From Candidatus Brocadiales bacterium (GTDB lineage Bacteria > Planctomycetota > Brocadiia > Brocadiales > Bathyanammoxibiaceae): DNA of 64,000 bases. The first letter of the stretch is position 1. Each line of letters starts with the position of its first letter. The stretch spans positions 4,128-68,127 of the forward strand of contig JBHIBD010000002.1 of NCBI GenBank assembly GCA_046758865.1, in the 5' to 3' direction. The position numbers and the translations under genes were made by a program. The notes below the pieces were generated by a model. That model searched no databases. It was given only the letters and a program-made list of their open reading frames with translations, and was not told where the DNA came from. This document shows positions 62,362-64,000 of the stretch, in pieces.

Positions 62362-62861
62362 ATAAGGGTTCCATTCTAAACTGCGTTAAAAGGAGGAGGA
62401 CCGCCAATGCCACTTAGGGGCGAGACTGATGCTACTACTTCATTGGATGTGAAAAGTGCAATAGACCTTCAGCCCACGGAGCTGAAGATTAACCCTGCTG
62501 GAAAGGTGACTCTCACCCTCCCCGGGATGAAGATAAGGCTGCCCGATGTTAAGGTGAAGCTCTGGTTTATGCCCCTTATCCGAGTGAGTGGCATGGAGGT
62601 GACTACGGAGCCTGCAAACCTCGAGGTGGATTTGTCGGATACGACAATGGAGGCCAGGGTAGAGCGTGCTACAAAGATAGAGATTCTTACTAATGGAGAG
62701 GTAAAGGCGCACGCCAAGCTGGAGGGTTCGGGTAGCCTCCAAGGCGGACCTATGAGCCTGGAGATTCCCGCAGATTAACTTCTTCCTGAGTCGAGAACAA
62801 GTCAGTAGATCACGGGTTTTATGTTGTGGCCTATGAACGTTTCTCTGTGCCTGTATCTAAA
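62362..62861 (+). repeat. 500-bp perfect direct repeat, copy 2
   Basis: Identical to 52801-53300. Confidence 0.9.
62407..62778 (+). CDS. Orphan 123-aa hypothetical protein (copy 2, identical)
   Basis: Same sequence as 52846-53217. Confidence 0.6.
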   Translation: MPLRGETDATTSLDVKSAIDLQPTELKINPAGKVTLTLPGMKIRLPDVKVKLWFMPLIRVSGMEVTTEPANLEVDLSDTTMEARVERATKIEILTNGEVKAHAKLEGSGSLQGGPMSLEIPAD

Positions 62862-62963
62862 AAGGGTAATAGTTTTTAGTTGGGAAAGACTGCTATTTAT
62901 GAAAAAGTTTTGGGTAAAAGGGCGTTTATTTACAACTGTGTCTCAATAAGGGGGTATTCTATA

Positions 62964-63608
62964 ATGCGCAATGAGTTTTGTGTTGTTCTATGTTCGATAG
63001 TACTTTACTTCGGTCTGACAATACCGTTAGACGTCAGCGCAGGTGGAGAAGACACAGAGCCTTGGAATGAGCCTAGTGGAGAGATAGAGAGGATCTATAA
63101 ACGTTTTGCCGAGATAAGTGCTACGATGCTTGTCTCCGTCCGTAATGTCATTGCAAAGTACCAGGGACTCATAAACCAGGACCCCGAGACAGGGAACTAC
63201 CATTTCAAGGGTTTTGTGCCAGCGATTGTTGGGAGCTATGTTGCCAACGATTTCAACCTCAGGACAGGATACAAGTTGAGGCAGACGGCCCTAAAGGTTA
63301 GAAACCCCAAAAATAAGCCAGACGAGTGGGAAGTAAAGGCGCTCGGCATACTTGAAAAGGATAAAACGAAAAAGGACTTTGGGGAAATAACCAAGGTAGA
63401 GAAGAAGGATGTTTATCGCTACATGAAGCCTCTGTATATGGAGAAGGAATGTGTATTGTGCCATTCCGTTCCTGAGGTCATGCCCCCGGAGATCAGGGCA
63501 TACATCGAGAAGTATTATGCCGCTGATGAGGCACTGGGGTACAAGGAAGGTGACCTGCGTGGGGGTATAAGTATTACAGTCCCAATAACAGAGTGGTTTA
63601 TTCCTTGA
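62964..63608 (+). CDS. DUF3365-domain single-heme c protein (Tll0287-like sensor fold)
   Basis: Signal peptide, RNPKNKPDEWE, one CVLCH motif, GDLRGGISITVP. ATG 62964 is preferred over the ORF start at 62880. Confidence 0.75.
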   Translation: MRNEFCVVLCSIVLYFGLTIPLDVSAGGEDTEPWNEPSGEIERIYKRFAEISATMLVSVRNVIAKYQGLINQDPETGNYHFKGFVPAIVGSYVANDFNLRTGYKLRQTALKVRNPKNKPDEWEVKALGILEKDKTKKDFGEITKVEKKDVYRYMKPLYMEKECVLCHSVPEVMPPEIRAYIEKYYAADEALGYKEGDLRGGISITVPITEWFIP

Positions 63609-64000
63609 AGTTCATACACGTTTTGGTATAAACCAGCTGTGCTGGTTCATGTTGATTGCGCTGGTGCCATTGACGATTGCAGGTACGGTCTGCTACTTCT
63701 TAGTTTTCATGTTTTATCACACTACGACTTTGGGGGCTTGTAGTTGCTCGATTTTCGGCGTAGGCGGTTCTGCCTCTGGCACGACCTTCGGCGCCTCAGG
63801 CCGCCAGAGGCGGCCCTGTGGGCTACTTCAAGGCCCACCACAGGCGGGATAATATTTGGGCATTTTGCAGTGGTCTCATAGAACCTGTCCCCTTCCATTA
63901 TTACCCTTCATTGCCCTTCCGGGATAAAATCTAGGCAAAAAAGGTTTCTCAACACTCTCCTTTTAGGGTAAAATGCCTCATTCACGCTGTGGAGAATAGA

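Noticed and set aside
63649-63852. 67-aa ORF after the DUF3365 gene
   Set aside because: The hydrophobic start could be a TM helix, but the second half is translated REP-like sequence (GGCGGTTCTGCCTCTGGCACGA...). It is probably not a gene, or is a destroyed one.
63865-63910. Start of a third copy of the 500-bp module at the window end
   Set aside because: Only about 25 nt (TTTTGCAG.GGTCTCAT.G.AC) resemble the leader at 62336-62358. The following sequence does not match the module and the window ends, so the evidence is insufficient.

Overview
This 64-kb window is mostly housekeeping chromosome. The gene content of the last 19 kb points to an anammox-type planctomycete (Brocadiales-like); that assignment is inference from gene content only. 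Positions 1-45 kb carry core genes: lptF/G, nitrilase-family hydrolase, comF, hpf-ptsN-HPr~EI, DUF2344, RNase G, rplU-rpmA-obg, coaX, scpB, cobT, ychF, cinA, radA, Glu/Leu dehydrogenase, acyl-CoA synthetase, crcB-DUF190, radC, then tRNA-Arg(ACG)-tadA-tRNA-Ser(CGA)-tRNA-Ser(GGA)-SRP RNA-dnaX-ybaB-recR-rpoN, D-aminoacylase and several TPR proteins. These are interrupted by two small toxin-antitoxin pairs (DUF4258/YgiT and hicAB). The intergenic spaces hold many GC-rich palindromes bounded by GTAG...CTAC (REP-like), TGTCATTCTGAG-ended MITE-like elements and an 82-bp perfect dispersed repeat. Positions 45-63 kb are the interesting part. Two diverged, head-to-tail copies of a six-gene cluster are present: GltD-like FAD/FeS oxidoreductase, Rieske, cytochrome b6-like, subunit-IV-like, hexaheme c, and octaheme HAO-like. 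Each copy is followed by a 500-bp module that is 100% identical between the two and encodes an orphan 123-aa protein. The junction between the two clusters (53.3-54.8 kb) is a patchwork of diverged fragments. It contains 5' fragments of comF, of a Tat-signal gene, of the second oxidoreductase gene (three 5' fragments upstream of the intact gene, plus one leader-only stub) and of the 123-aa ORF, plus an internal piece of the HPr gene. No CRISPR array, rRNA, transposase or prophage genes were seen.
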